From positions 663,169 through 727,168 of the forward strand of contig NMRA01000107.1 of the NCBI GenBank assembly GCA_002633005.1: 64,000 nt of DNA. Reading direction: 5' to 3'. Shown here piece by piece: positions 51,601 to 63,882 of the stretch; position 1 is the first letter of the stretch, and each line of letters starts with the position of its first letter. The position numbers and the translations under genes were made by a program. Origin of the DNA: Phoronis australis. Lineage: Eukaryota; Animalia; Phoronida. The notes beneath the pieces are model-generated. The model worked only from the letters and a program-made list of their open reading frames with translations. It made no database searches and had not been told where the DNA came from.

Positions 51601-54600
51601 AGCGAGTTGGTATTGAGCAATCGAAACAGCGGGACCGTCACTCGAATTCTTCGAGTTTCTATTGTAAGAATTATAAATTCAATCAAACGATGCATAAGAG
51701 AATTATTGCTTCTCACTGGAACATAATTTATGCTTTTGATCTGTTTCGCTTAACTTTGTGAGAGGTATTAGGTGTTCACATCACACTTATACATTCGTCA
51801 AATCTTTAAATCAATGCTCCATAAACATACCAATCCTGAATCGGAAAACCCTTCTACGCAATTTTCCACTGGGATCCACTTAATTCTGATACAAAAATCA
51901 TATTAAAATGCTGAAACATGTAGTTCAGGCCTCTTTAAATATTTGATTTTCTATTGCTACACTTCACAGATAATTTATGTACAATTAAATTAAAGTAATT
52001 GAAGAGCCTGTCGACCAGTCTTCGTATTTATCCAAATACTTAAAAAATTAGGAATTTTAGTTTTCTGAAAGTAGAAAGCGTGTAGAATTCATGGTTTGGT
52101 TTTATACCATTCAGCCATTAATCAGGACGCACTATCATGCCTTTTTGATGAAATCTAGAAAAAATGAACGACACAGCCTTATGAAAATAACAATATCAAT
52201 TACAGAACCAAATTTCGTTTGATACAAATTTTCAAGACGAAATCTCAAAACCCTGTAACAAATTCCAAATTATCTATTTGTTTTTCGGTTAAGTCAACTT
52301 TCTCATAAATATCATAGCAATGCCACCCTTATTTTTGGTTGCCTCACTTGCAGAGGCAGAATCTTTCAAAGGCAATTTATAACATCTTTCTGGAGAACAG
52401 AGCATAAACCATGGTTTCTAAAAGTTTCAAATAAATTCTTTCACCCATTTCTGCAATATGAACTTTGGCAAATTCGGTAGTTTTGTAGAGTCTTACATAA
52501 TTTTAATTGTCGTATACTGCAGGGTGTGACTTCAGTCGCTGTTTTGTAAGAACAGCTCGCCATACTCTAGTCTAGTTGTTGCACAATCTGATAAAAGATA
52601 CTGGATGAAAAGCATTCGTTGTGTCTACTCTATTCCATTCTTGGCTCTGACATTTGACATTTGCTTTAAGGGAGGGTCTGACAACCTCAACACTTCATGA
52701 GCACACTTCGTAGTTTCATGACTTAAGACAAAGCAGGTCTTGAATCCACCGTGTCTGAGCGCAGAACCATGGTGCCTTCCGTAACGTATTTTGAAAGTGA
52801 AAGCTAGTGAGATCGATATCTCTAGGTCTGCGGAATCTCGCCAAACTCATGTCATGGTAGTCTGCCGGTACCCAGACCTTGGATCGAGAAAAAAACGTCA
52901 ACTCTAAACATTCCATGAAAAACCTGGCGCTCAGACAATTACCTTAAGTCACACCGATTTTGAAAAAGTCGTTTAATGGAACACCCCTCTGTTATGTCCA
53001 ACTGGGACAATGGTTGTAGATTTAAATTTAGCGCTACTTTCGTAACACGAGTATTGTACCCTGGAATATCTGGTGTCACACAGTGGCGAATGATTTTATT
53101 TAAATTTGCCATCCTCTCAAATACAGAAAAATTCAAATTATTGCTTTTTGTTTTCTATGTTTTCACTATGTGATCGAAATGGACCGCATAGGTGTTGGTT
53201 TTGGCTGAATAAACCTTTCGTACTCAGTATCTTAGTTTGAGTTTGAAGGTTTTTGACCTGCCGAATACAATAAAAGTTGATAAGGCTATGCCTAAATTTG
53301 TTGAATGCTGAATTTAATGGCTTGTCCAGCTGTTAGCACCACAACTGCAGGACATTACAACCACTTTTTATTGCGTGTACTATTGTTGATTCACAAGTAA
53401 AGTCTTGTTTAGTTTGAATACTTTGTGCTGTATGTGTTCTGTTTGCTATTAACTGACACTTTACACTAAACTGTTATAACTAAGAGGTCAAGAAACTCAA
53501 TTTTACTTTTAATTGATTACGTCGAGTACTGTGTAGAAAAAACAACTCTCAGAAAGCTCAGTGGTAATGAGGAAAACCCCAGCAAACATTGCTATTAAAA
53601 AAGTTTTTGCAACGTTGAACAGCTATGCCCGAATAAAGGCAATACCTGGCACAATAAAGTGGTATGTTTTAGCCCAATTAGAAACATATCACTAGTTCAT
53701 TTATTTGAAAGAGAGTGTTTCGTGCTTGAACCCTAATTTTTTTCTTCAGTTACACAAGAACTGTCACGGTTAGCTATCATGAGAACGTCTTGCGAGTTTT
53801 CCACTAAGGCTTCAGCTACAACAATGATACTCCCAGGTCCATATTCGTGTTTGGCGTATTGTCCCAAAAATATCCCTAGTGTATTTAATGATATCACTGG
53901 TGTTAGATGTACATGTATTCAATTAAATAAACGTTTATGCAAAACATTATCCGCTTATGTCATAGGTGATGACATATATTAAAATAACTTTCACTGTTGT
54001 AAAAATAAACATCCGTTATGTTGTAACGCAGTCGTTTATTTTATAACATAGTAATGTCAGGTAATTTGTCATTGTTCCTTGAAATGCTGTTGCGTCAACT
54101 TGTTCAAATATCTGTTTTGGTTTTGAATACGATTTACCTTTTTTACATGGCAAATCAATGTTTCTTATATTGCACGAATATATGAGCACCCATTTCCTAT
54201 TGTTAAAGGGATATTGTCGCTTTTGTTGCCGAAAAATTTGGATTAATGTTGAATGGAATAGACTTCTTGAAATTATTAGCTTTGAGTTGAGCAAACAAAA
54301 AAACAATATCCAACTCTGTCATACATTCGCTGAAATCAAGAACGGTGTCTCCACCATTTAAGTACGCTTTAAATACTCTGCCCAGGTTTGGCTGTGCGGT
54401 CGAGCCTTTGGCTGCTATTTCTTTATTCTTAGTACATAAAAGGCTACCGGTCCATAGTAAATACCAAGTATATATACAAAGACACACTGATGTATGAAAA
54501 AAGAATGTATAATAGTCACAATACTAAAGCATATAGACACTAGTGTAGCTCTCATGAGAAAACCTTTCCTGGTAATTTTTGACAGATTAACCTAGAAGGT

Positions 54601-57600
54601 ATTTGAAACGTTGTTCATGTAACTCAATAAGAATGTAATATTGCATTGTGGATCCTCAAATGATCTTAAAGAAAGCATCTTGTTAAGAAATGAAGTTCGT
54701 CTTCAATTTCATACGAATTAAACTTCTTGCAATATTTTACACGGCCTTAATTCTCTATCTAATCTTCCTCTTGCCACCTCGATTTTAAGAGTATGAGAGG
54801 AACAACGTATTTTAGTTATATACCTGTGAATCTCACCTCATTGTATAACTTTAAGATACGGAGCAATATTTAAGGTCTTATGCAACTCAGCAAAAGTGTA
54901 AGTCTACTACTATTTCTTATTCTACAATCACATTCTTGGAAGGTGCAGTCTTTAACCCCCAGAGTAAATAATTTCAAAAAGGTATCAATATCACCAACAT
55001 TTTGTTGAGAACAAACATAGCCAAAACCATAACCCTGCTATTGCGGAGTTAATGGTTTCAATTCCGCGCTACTGTTTTTCCCGTAACTTATATTTTTTCA
55101 CCTAGAGTGATTTTTATGATTGAAGATGGTGGTTTGAGTATGTATGCGGCTTAAATTAAAACTTGCTGATGCCCTTAATTAAAAGGCTTTGTGTTTCACT
55201 TGAGTGCAACTACGTACTTATCGTTTGTACTTCTTCCCCATAAAATCTTTGTCGGAAAAGATGTGTTACTAAACATATTAAATTTCTGGATTACGCACGT
55301 TTGTTTCTCTCGAAGTGTCAACAAACGGCAATGGTGTTTGCGGTCAGTAGTCATTCTTTCTGAAGAATACGTGTATTGCAAGAGCTTTTTTTAAATGTAT
55401 AGTGCCAAGCAAATTTATTTGAATCGTTATTAAAAATTTGGTTGTGGAATTTCTTATTGTTGAAAATCAGGCCTAGTTATCAGTTCTGTTGTGATCAGCA
55501 GGTGGTCAACAAGATGCGTTAACGCAGAGTATGCGGCTAAAACCACATTCACAAACAAGACCGCTTTGGAATACCTGTAACATGTACAAGTAAGCAACTT
55601 GCCTATTACCTTGGAAAAAATCTGCAACTAAAGTTACCATCCTGCAACAGTTTTGATTGAAGCTGGCTTATTGTCGTCCATTATGTTTATTTCAATTCAA
55701 TTTTTTTGCTTTAAATGCCGAATCGGTTGATATGGAAATTTGGCAGTTGAAATGATTGGTCCGATACCGGCCAAAGCACGCTTAGGGAAACCCATATTTT
55801 TCTCAATTGAAACTATTCGTTTGGCAGTTATTATCCGGTACGAAACATCTTGACCTGTTACATATGTGAAATGAAAAGCAAGGGAGAGTACTTGTGGAAA
55901 ATAACCGTCTTTGTTCAAGGAGACACCGGCCACGCAAATCATCACACAATATCAACAACTTCTATTAGCAGTCTAAAAACATCAGTTGTCAATAGCTTCT
56001 TAACGATATTTCAAACCTTATTGAAAAATTGGTCGTTTTTACAATATTTTACTGCATATCCAAGGTCAAAGTTTACAGGGCTGTCATTCATATCGAATCA
56101 CCTGACGCCGGGCATTGAGCAGTTCCGTACGTACCCTTAATCCTGTCATTTGCCGGGTCGGCATAATATCGAGTCAACGAGGTGTACGTAGGGTAGAGAG
56201 ATGCCGCGGAAAACGAATATGAAACGTAGTTTTATCCAGAGGTACAACTGTAGCTGTGTGTCTGTATGCATAAGACCGTTGAGAACGAAAGGGCCGAGTC
56301 CGACTCGCTGAACGTGCCTCTGTGTTTTTGTGTTCACTATAACACTGCAAGGTCATTAATTTGATCGGTAATTTCGCTGTTTCTATCTCGCGTGCTGACG
56401 GCGCGCTTTAACAACAGATTCGATTTCTGTTGTCCATTTCGTACAGCATATCATACTCCCCGGCGCGTGGTGTGTATACAGTGAACTGTTGGCCTACTTA
56501 CTGCTGGCTCCGCCTTCTGACCTTGTTAACTTGAGGTATATGGAACTCCACGTACAAAATAAAACGTTTCAGTCATAACTGAATTACTTACGCACTGCAA
56601 ATTCAGTTGTCACTGCGAGTGAACGTTGTAATAACGAACATAATTAAGGCATTTTTAGGTTATATTGACCAAAAAAAGTTTTTTACCGAATAAGTAAGCA
56701 ATAAACGACAGATTTTGAGGTGTTCTACTTTTTCTAGCTTCGACAAATCGACTTAAGTTGAACTGTCTTAGGAACACGAGTTCTCCAAAACGGCGCTGTG
56801 AATTTCACTGAAACTTTCCAATTTTAATATTCATTCATCAATCTCAAAAATGGTTTGAGGATTTTTCTATTGGACTCCTAATTTTCGCGTACTGTAAGAT
56901 AGACGAATACGACTGCTATTTTTCACAAAAGTACATTACGTTTTGCGAGGTAATTTGGTACAGAAACAAAACTAAATGAGTAATCGAAAATTCGACGAGG
57001 GATTTGGCACAGCGGGAATGCCCCTTTTTACCCCTGTACTACTTTCAAGTGCTTAAAAACCTCGAAAGCGGGTCTTATCAAATATTTAGTAAGTGTATTC
57101 TCATCAAACGGATACTTATATAGCCAACACAAAATTTATAGCGCATTTGATGTATGCAAAGATACATTTTTGTTCTCAGAAGGTAGTCATTATCCTGACT
57201 GTGGGTTCGTTTTATCCAATCGATGAACTGGGTAGAGTTCAGTAGATGACTCGCGGCTAGAAAAATCGCGCCAAAATCATGTTTTCCGGTTTAAAATACA
57301 CTTCAATATTGCTTCTCTAGCCATATCCTAGCTCATTGAACTCTACCATGACACAGTCTTTGCTTTCGACATACGTGCTTTGTGAGCCCAGAAAAAGGGA
57401 CCTCATCCATGGTGATCAATAATTGGTTTCTGTCTCAGGTGGTGACGAAGGTTTTAGACGGTTATAAATCTGTGCATGTGAAAGATATGAGTAAGGACGG
57501 CAACTCAGAATAACAATATTGCATTGAGCGAATTCAGCAACAAATGTTAGTGTATATCCATACTCACCCTTCTCGACTTCATCTATTGCGGGATCAGACA

Positions 57601-57649
57601 CAGCAAATGCTGCGCTACCAACCAAAAAGAAAAGCAACAATATTTCCAT
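33525..57649 (-). CDS. Secreted M12B (reprolysin) ADAM/ADAMTS-like metalloprotease, 15 exons, about 639 aa, complete
   Basis: Signal peptide MEILLLFFLVGSAAFA; furin sites RKKR and RVRR; zinc motif HELGHNLGARHD across exons 9/10; Met-turn HIMDP; ADAMTS-type LPGQMYTADVQCQ and AKGTDCGTNKWCINGNCV; exon lengths sum to 1920 nt with consistent phases and a terminal TAA. Confidence 0.92.
34115..34261 (-). CDS. ADAMTS-like exon 14 (PLAC-like module 1)
   Basis: caatag|..GSCEDKY...SCSQ...MC...WCCKSCTNTAP|gtaagg; 147 nt. Confidence 0.85.
35153..35263 (-). CDS. ADAMTS-like exon 13 (Thr/Pro-rich linker)
   Basis: ttgcag|..TSHTASRPT...TPPTTKSTTKVTTKPPT|gtaacg; 111 nt, phase 1/1. Confidence 0.8.
36298..36448 (-). 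CDS. ADAMTS-like exon 12 (disintegrin-like/Cys-rich)
   Basis: attcag|WVYDSKKYDKCRALWC...GTDCGTNKWCINGNCVTK|gtaaat; 151 nt. Confidence 0.92.
37121..37265 (-). CDS. ADAMTS-like exon 11
   Basis: tttcag|..DRECVKDP...LPGQMYTADVQCQQLYG..ECGQ|gtacgc; 145 nt. Confidence 0.92.
37310..37472. mobile_element. Tandem dimer of CATGGGC-family MITE with 5 bp TSD
   Basis: Two related units in tandem; TTTTA on both outer flanks. Confidence 0.7.
38737..38877 (-). CDS. ADAMTS-like exon 10 (LGARHD, Met-turn)
   Basis: tttcag|..LGARHDG...HIMDP...FSSCSVRDFKNTL|gtatga; 141 nt. Confidence 0.95.
39406..39514 (-). CDS. ADAMTS-like exon 9 (HELGH)
   Basis: tttcag|..YAPVAGICSSRRSVSLTESHGGFNCISTAAHELGH|gtaagt; 109 nt. 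Confidence 0.95.
40102..40139 (-). CDS. ADAMTS-like exon 8 (38 nt)
   Basis: tttcag|..LDFTSSGSTGVA|gtacat; phase 2/1 links exons 7 and 9. Confidence 0.8.
40238..40378. mobile_element. Small inverted-repeat element
   Basis: cgttcagtaacgctaggacct / aggtcctagcgtctactgaacg. Confidence 0.6.
41013..41782. mobile_element. Non-autonomous DNA transposon with about 170 bp TIRs and 7-8 bp TSD
   Basis: ggtaattatttacaatatgacgacattgacttacacatatgattt is the exact reverse complement of the right end; flanks GAGATAAG / GAGATAAC. Confidence 0.88.
41990..42858. mobile_element. Non-autonomous TIR element with 5 bp TSD, carrying a tRNA-like insert
   Basis: TIR cataggcggatttagg / cctagatccgccactg; AGGAT on both flanks. 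Confidence 0.78.
42562..42633 (+). mobile_element. tRNA-derived SINE-like head / tRNA pseudogene
   Basis: A box TGGTTTAGTGG (42570) and B box GAGTTCAAGTC (42612) at tRNA spacing; stems imperfect. Confidence 0.55.
42885..43042 (-). CDS. ADAMTS-like exon 7
   Basis: ctccag|SPQGSSWYD...LPKHDHAFSFS|gtgagt; 158 nt. Confidence 0.88.
43589..43925. mobile_element. Degenerate inverted-repeat element
   Basis: gggtattttcgtagcctgaaattatcc / gggttagtttcaagctaccaaaataccc. Confidence 0.6.
45057..45134 (-). CDS. ADAMTS-like exon 6
   Basis: tttcag|VDLRYQNINDPSINIFITLAGYVIAK|gtaagg; 78 nt. Confidence 0.88.
45983..46149 (-). CDS. ADAMTS-like exon 5 (RVRR furin site, catalytic domain start)
   Basis: ttgtag|..TRGARVRRSNKIIANVEGLVMVDYSLW...YVIHG|gtaagg; 167 nt. 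Confidence 0.9.
47475..47634 (-). CDS. ADAMTS-like exon 4 (prodomain, RKKR)
   Basis: ttgaag|LSGHVTRNNVLYELEQ...RKKR...IETII|gtgagt; 160 nt. Confidence 0.75.
47942..48019 (-). CDS. ADAMTS-like exon 3 (prodomain)
   Basis: ttctag|IFDNNQFFGGSQNGTTTLLKRTSSGK|gtacaa; 78 nt, phase 0/0. Confidence 0.65.
48648..48761. repeat. Imperfect hairpin / tiny MITE
   Basis: gtgcccacattttgagaaccagttt / aaactggttcttaaaattcgggcac. Confidence 0.65.
49113..49236. repeat. About 60 bp tandem duplication
   Basis: tgtaacatttacaatgagg.tagccc.accagtt.tcactgcttccca x2. Confidence 0.85.
51156..51346 (-). CDS. ADAMTS-like exon 2 (prodomain)
   Basis: ttacag|..EFVTRVS...VEFDAHGQTFQLNAKRN...PIKPE|gtaaga; reprolysin propeptide-like pattern. 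Confidence 0.85.
57568..57649 (-). CDS. ADAMTS-like exon 1 (signal peptide)
   Basis: MEILLLFFLVGSAAFAVSDPAIDEVEK|gtgagt, phase 1; TATA box upstream. Confidence 0.82.
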
Positions 57650-57721
57650 CGCAGTTCTATCAACAGGTGAGTACATTTACACAATGTAGCAATCGCTTGC
57701 GGCCGATTGGGCGTAGGACCG

Positions 57722-57730
57722 TTTTATATA
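57722..57730 (-). promoter_or_regulatory. TATA box of the metalloprotease gene
   Basis: TATATAAAA on minus strand about 75 nt upstream of the ATG at 57649. Confidence 0.6.
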
Positions 57731-60372
57731 GCGTTCGGTTTGCATTCGTCACGTGCGCAATACGCGTCAACAGATATTTGTTTCTGGGATCAAATTCGGC
57801 GGCTCTTCAATTGACAACGCCGAGTCCGCCAATCAAACTATGAATTTAACATTATTAACAACAAGATTAACAAAATGTCGTGGGAACAGTTCTAAAGCTC
57901 ATACAGTTTATAGTGGACACAATTCCCAAATCGTTTCCCCGCGCACGGCTTTTGTAAGCTGCTTAAGCCGACGAGATTTAACTATGTGTAGTGAACTTTG
58001 TAAACGAATTTAAATTGTTCCAAGGCATCGTTATGTAAACATAATAATTATCAAAGTGCTACCCGAAACCTTAAACGGCTATAAAGCCACCTTCCGTCAT
58101 AAAACATTTTCAATTGCGATAATTTATCGCTCAATTGGCCTCGAATTGTGACAGCAAAATGACTTTGATTTCTGTGCTCGCACAAAGTAATGGGTGTTCG
58201 CTGTTGATTGAGACTGGGGTCTACATACTAGCTTGTCAAGCCATGGCATTTTATTCGTTGAACTTGGTTTCGAGGAAGTCTGCTGATTATCACTTCCTTG
58301 AAAAACCAAAAATAAATTGCTTGTCGTCTGAGTAAGGTACATGATGAGTCGAAATTCTCAAAGATCAAATTATGTTTCCTTGAGCTTATTGCCACTTTCA
58401 AATTTTTCAACTTTTTTGCATTGAGGAGCAGAGTCCAACATTTTGTTTGTGACGCACAAATCCTAAGACAAATTATTCACAATAAATTGGGCAGAATCGA
58501 AATTCAACAAAATTTCGGCGAACAAACCCGCAACAAAATATCCTTTTTTGACTAGAATTCGTTTCAATTCTGGCTAAGTTTTAAAGTCTCGACGGTATTG
58601 CTGCATGCACGTTTTCAGATTCAACAACTTAAAAATGCGTAAATCCATTCACAACTAAACGATTAGCTGCTATGTGTAATGATGTTAAATTAACCTCTGA
58701 CAAAAGTAGACAAATCCCTATTTTAATGCGACAAAGGTTTAATTGAACTGCCAATTGGTCATGGGAAGAAATTTGTTCAAGTTTTGTCAGATACTGGAAG
58801 AACTAGGTCGGAGTTTGCCCGATTCCTTTTGAGAACTTATGTAGTTTTCTAAATGGTTTACAAGCAGCTTCCATCTATGAGGACAGAAATCACCTGAATA
58901 GCAACGAATCTTACGAACACGAGTGCTCTGTAGATTAAAAAATCATGATTCTTTTTAGCATATTTTTCGTTTTTTTATCTTATAGTCCAATCATTGTTGG
59001 GCTTAAAAATTTAGGTCGTAGGCCGAAGGCCACAGGATGTTTTTCAAACATTTGTTGCGATCATTATCGGACATTTTTGATGTCACTAATCATTGTATTT
59101 TGTAAACATAAAAACTCCCCATTTTCAACATTCTAACAACCACAATGTTTGATTTTTAAATTTGGCCAATTCTTTGAATTGTAGAAATTTGAAAAGAATG
59201 ATATTCGATATACCTATGGAGTGATACTGAAACAGTATTTACCATACGGTCAGGTTAAGTCGGAAAACACAGTTTGTTTTATTTTTTACACATACAAATT
59301 TAAGGAAAATTGTTTAATCCATGAGTTTGGGAACTACCATTCCAAACTTTTAATACTGATATGGAAGCTTTAATTAGAAATGTATTGCAAGACTCACAAT
59401 GGCGCCAGTTAATTTAATTAAAACTTTACAGATCACCCATAGCTGTGATCGTTAAACCCCTGCTTTTTCACAAAATTCTATGAAACGTACACACAGCGGA
59501 GAATAATATTCACAATGTGCTTCCGGACATGTCATACGTTCTTAAAAACGTTCTAATACTTGCACAACACAACAATTACATGTATGCTACTTGAAAAAAT
59601 GCGACAGATTTTCAATTTCACCAAACCGAAAGAGCCCTAGAATATCAAGTGACAAATTACTCATACTCTGTTACCTTATTAGACAGAAACGAATACTCGT
59701 GTAGTGGGGATTGAACATTAAAAATGAAACGCAAATTTAAATTGTCTTGAATCACTGCAATGTTGATTAGAGTGACATGAATATTTTAAACATAAAATTA
59801 ATGGCTGTGCCAAGACTGTGTGGTATAGCACTTCGTCCTTTATTCAGCGACCCCATTTCTCGACCCCTTTCACTGCTTCCCAGTTGATACTCTCACATCC
59901 TGATGATAGCCGCCGCGACCTTCCTTCTCTGCCATGTTTCCTCGACTTCACGTCCCATACACCCGATGTTCCCTTGAACCTGAATTCTGTTCGTAGATGC
60001 ATGACGCCACATGTGCAAAAAGACAATTTTCAGAGAAAACTCATCATTCCGTATAGTTGTTGTTTTCTGTAGATAACATGTACATGTTAGCTGTTTATGA
60101 AAATTAGCCTCCAGTGATTTCACCCTCTAGCGGCGTGTACTGTACCGATGACGCTCCAGCAGGAGCTGTAACAACAACGACCAATAGCAGACTTTGTTGC
60201 ATATGGTTGGGGGGGGNGGGGTGGGTGGACCAATGCAGAACAATGAGATTTGGAACAACGTATCTTACAAGTGAAGGAGTCACATTTACCTAGTCATGTG
60301 GAAGTGAGAGAGAGATAGAGAGAGAGAGAGAGGGAGGGAGGGAGGGAGAGAGAGAAAGAGGGCTAAACACAT

Positions 60373-60913
60373 ATTTCCATAAGCCTTTTTATCGGAGACA
60401 AATAACACAACTTCAGAAACATTTCAATTTGAACTTTACTTGTCTGGTAAAGTTTTGCTTTTCACCCACAAAAATGGGGACACCTACGCAAATATATGCG
60501 TTTCGATGTAAAATATGTTTATCAGTGGGAACACCTGTGCCAGTAAGTGTGATCAACCAAGGATATGTTGGAAACCGGGTACACCAGAAGACATCAGAGG
60601 CGAACATTCCAGGGTGGATACAGCTATATTAATTTAAGTCGANATTTCCATAAGCCTTTTTATCGGAGACAAATAACACAACTTCAGAAACATTTCAATT
60701 TGAACTTTTCTTGTCTGGTAAAGTTTTGCTTTTCACCCACAAAAATGGGGACACCTACGCAAATATATGCGTTTCGATGTAAAATATGTTTATCAGTGGG
60801 AACACCTGTGCCAGTAAGTGTGATCAACCAAGGATATGTTGGAAACCGGGTACACCAGAAGACATCAGAGGCGAACATTCCAGGGTGGATACAGCTATAT
60901 TAATTTAAGTCGA
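60373..60913. repeat. 270 bp direct duplication joined by a single N (probable assembly artefact)
   Basis: 60373-60642 versus 60644-60913, N at 60643, one visible difference. Confidence 0.88.
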
Positions 60914-61230
60914 CCCATCTTAGCGGGAGAGTGATATCTATATAGGTAGCCCCTTCGTGGTGGGTCCACCTATATTTATATAAATCGACCAGTCATGATG
61001 GGTCCACTATATTTATATAGAGCCCATCGATGTGGGTATATATCCATATTCATATAAGTGGATCCGTCATGATGGGCACTTACATTTGCATATGTGGCCC
61101 CATCAGGGTGGATCCATCATTTCTACCCACATTTGCGGGATTTATCTATATTTACCTATAAGGTGAGTCCAGCTAGATAGACCCGCCGTGGAGAGAGTCA
61201 TACAGGAAGGCCCACGATGGATCCATCTGT
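60914..61230. repeat. Degenerate minisatellite, about 37 bp unit with palindromic core
   Basis: Recurrent cccatcatgatggg-like core alternating with tatatttatata-like spacers. Confidence 0.6.
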
Positions 61231-63882
61231 ATCATCTCTAGAAAACTCAAAACATTATTAAGTAATGTTTGAATTGGGCGAGACAAAACTGGATGCATAA
61301 AATTTTATACTATAGCGAAACCTACATATAGGATTGGAACAAGAGATATTCCTAACAAAACAATTACACTCAGTGGTACAACTATATTTGCCCATTGTTT
61401 CGTTTTGGCGGCTATTCTAGCATAAGCTCGCAAAATGAACCGTTGGCTGCACAAAACTATTTACCAAATACTTAATTGCCGTTTAGTCATAAAACATACA
61501 GCATGAAGAGCCTCCTGTTAGGCTGCTTACTATCCAAAAAGATGAATACTTAAACAACTAAGAAGCAGTTTAACTGGAAATTTAGCACTCATGCTTTAAA
61601 AACGCAATATCTAAGATGCGATTTAGCATTCTCCATAACTTGTCCAAATTAGCTAGATTTTGAAACCTTGCCACCATCTTTATGTACAAACCTTGACGAA
61701 AAACCGATTAGGATGTGAATACTATCCAAGTTATTCTTTGAGGCACTTAACAGCTTATCATATAAAATATGAATATTGTGGGCCTCGTCTGAAGGCGGAC
61801 GAAGAGCGGGGCCGCCTATATATGACAGGCCCATGCTAATGCTTTGAAATAAGGTATGTAACGAATTCACTATCCTGTTATTTTTGCTGTTTTGTAAGGC
61901 ACGCCAAATCCCTGAATACCACTACTGCTCACTCAAATCAGTTATAAAAGGTTTTGATGACAAAGTCATGTTACAGACAAACAAACCACAATCATCCAAA
62001 ACTATCACTGATCACTGTTTGGGGGGGGGGTTGCCATTACTCAAGACTGCGAATTAATGAAATTATTAATATTTTAAGTTGGAATTATTCTTTTTAAAGT
62101 AACTACTTAACCAGGTGTTATTGGTAGAATAATTAGGCAGAATGGGGCTATATTTTATCGAAGAAAAAACACAAATGAATGGTTTTTATTAATAAGAACT
62201 CCAAATAGCTACTGAATACCTCATTAAGTCCACATAAGTGCAATCAAACATGACTCACAACTAATTTGTGCCGAAGAGAAATAAAGCATAATTATTGTTC
62301 ATATTTAAATCGACTAAAAGGTTCAAAATATCACAAGATGTATGCAAGTTACACAAAATTTTTGACAAACGCCTCCTAGAAGGCCAAATTCCTCAATGGT
62401 AATTGTAAAATTGAAAACGGATTATCTTTGAGGTAACAAAACACGTGTGGAAAGCAAAATATATACTTTCCCTGAACTCCAGTTTGTGAACGGCAATGTA
62501 CATATGCATATGTGGGCCGATTAAAATCAGACTGTTCTAGTTCGGTAGTCCTAAGAACCACGAGTCCGAAGATTATCCTCTGTCACAGCGCCACATTTAT
62601 GGACATGTCGTAGCAACAAGTGAGAAAGAGTGTAGGTCGAAGGTATGAAATCACGATATTCAGGTTTGTAAGTTCAACAAAAATTAATCAATACAAAGAC
62701 CACACACGCCGGAGAGTTCATCGGTTCCAAAGCTAAAAGCTTCAATTTTCACAAGAGGTAATGAACAATGATTTCGAGCAAAATGTTCAGTGATTTATGT
62801 CTACATGCCTGTGTGAAATTCGTTATTCGAAGAACCAGTGACTCTCGAAAAGGATCCTAACAAATTTCGGCAATGTGCAATAAACTGTAATTATGAAGCA
62901 TTTTCAAATGTTCGTTTACCACCACTAAAATTTTGTTGCTGTCGATGACTTTGAATTACTCGTCTCTAGTCTCTTAAACCCTCAGACTAGTTTCTAACTA
63001 GCTAATTTTAGATTTTAAAGGTTTTGTTAACAGTCGTTTTTTATAGGGTCTTTTAAGAATATTTTCATTTGGCGGATTATGGGCCTTCGGATTTGTGAAC
63101 GTTTGGAGTATCGAGCGGTACCCTATTTATTCTAACTTAATGTACTATGACACTCAAGCAACATTAGATTACAATCTTAATTCTAGTTTTCGGTTGTTGA
63201 TTTTCATCTTACATTTTTCTTCTTCCGTTATGCTTATCCGTGGGTCGCAGCATATTGTTGGGGTTTGGGGTATGGCGCGTAAACAGAAAAAACGTGTATC
63301 AAAAAAGAAGGAATACAAATACTCGACAAATCAACGATTGTTTTCAATTTTCCAATCGGAGACTAATCAGTCCTTATCTCCTCCTCGTCAGTAATCGATC
63401 ACCGGAACCACTGTACTCCATTTGATTGTGTCATCTGCAGAGTAATTCAATTAACACTATGCAACGTGCATTTTGCGACTTCGAATGTCATTTGAGTTCA
63501 TTCATGCTGTCTTTCATAGTATGTTAAGGCTCCTGTGAGTATGTTCGTGCAATTGTCAGTCGGGATTAGAAAGAGCGTTAGCGTCAACGCGAATGTACCA
63601 GCAGGAAAGTAACATATGTCTTGTCCAAGCAAATGATAATGCACTTCTTGATGGATGGATAGATCTTTCCATTGAAATTCATGTGCGTCCTCACTACTGA
63701 AACTCTAGTACATAGGAGTACAACCCACAGTACAACTAAAATACAACGAAATGCACACCACACGGTTGTCCTCGGCAGAGAACTGTAACAGGAATTCCCA
63801 GACAAACCAAAATGTGACCAATAACAGAACTTACACACCTGTATCACCCTGCATGCATCGGATAAGCTACCATCTCGCGGTA

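Noticed and set aside
60373-60913. Duplicated ORFs (60413/60684 minus; 60429/60565 plus)
   Set aside because: They arise from a 270 bp duplication joined by a single N; probable scaffolding artefact, with no protein motifs
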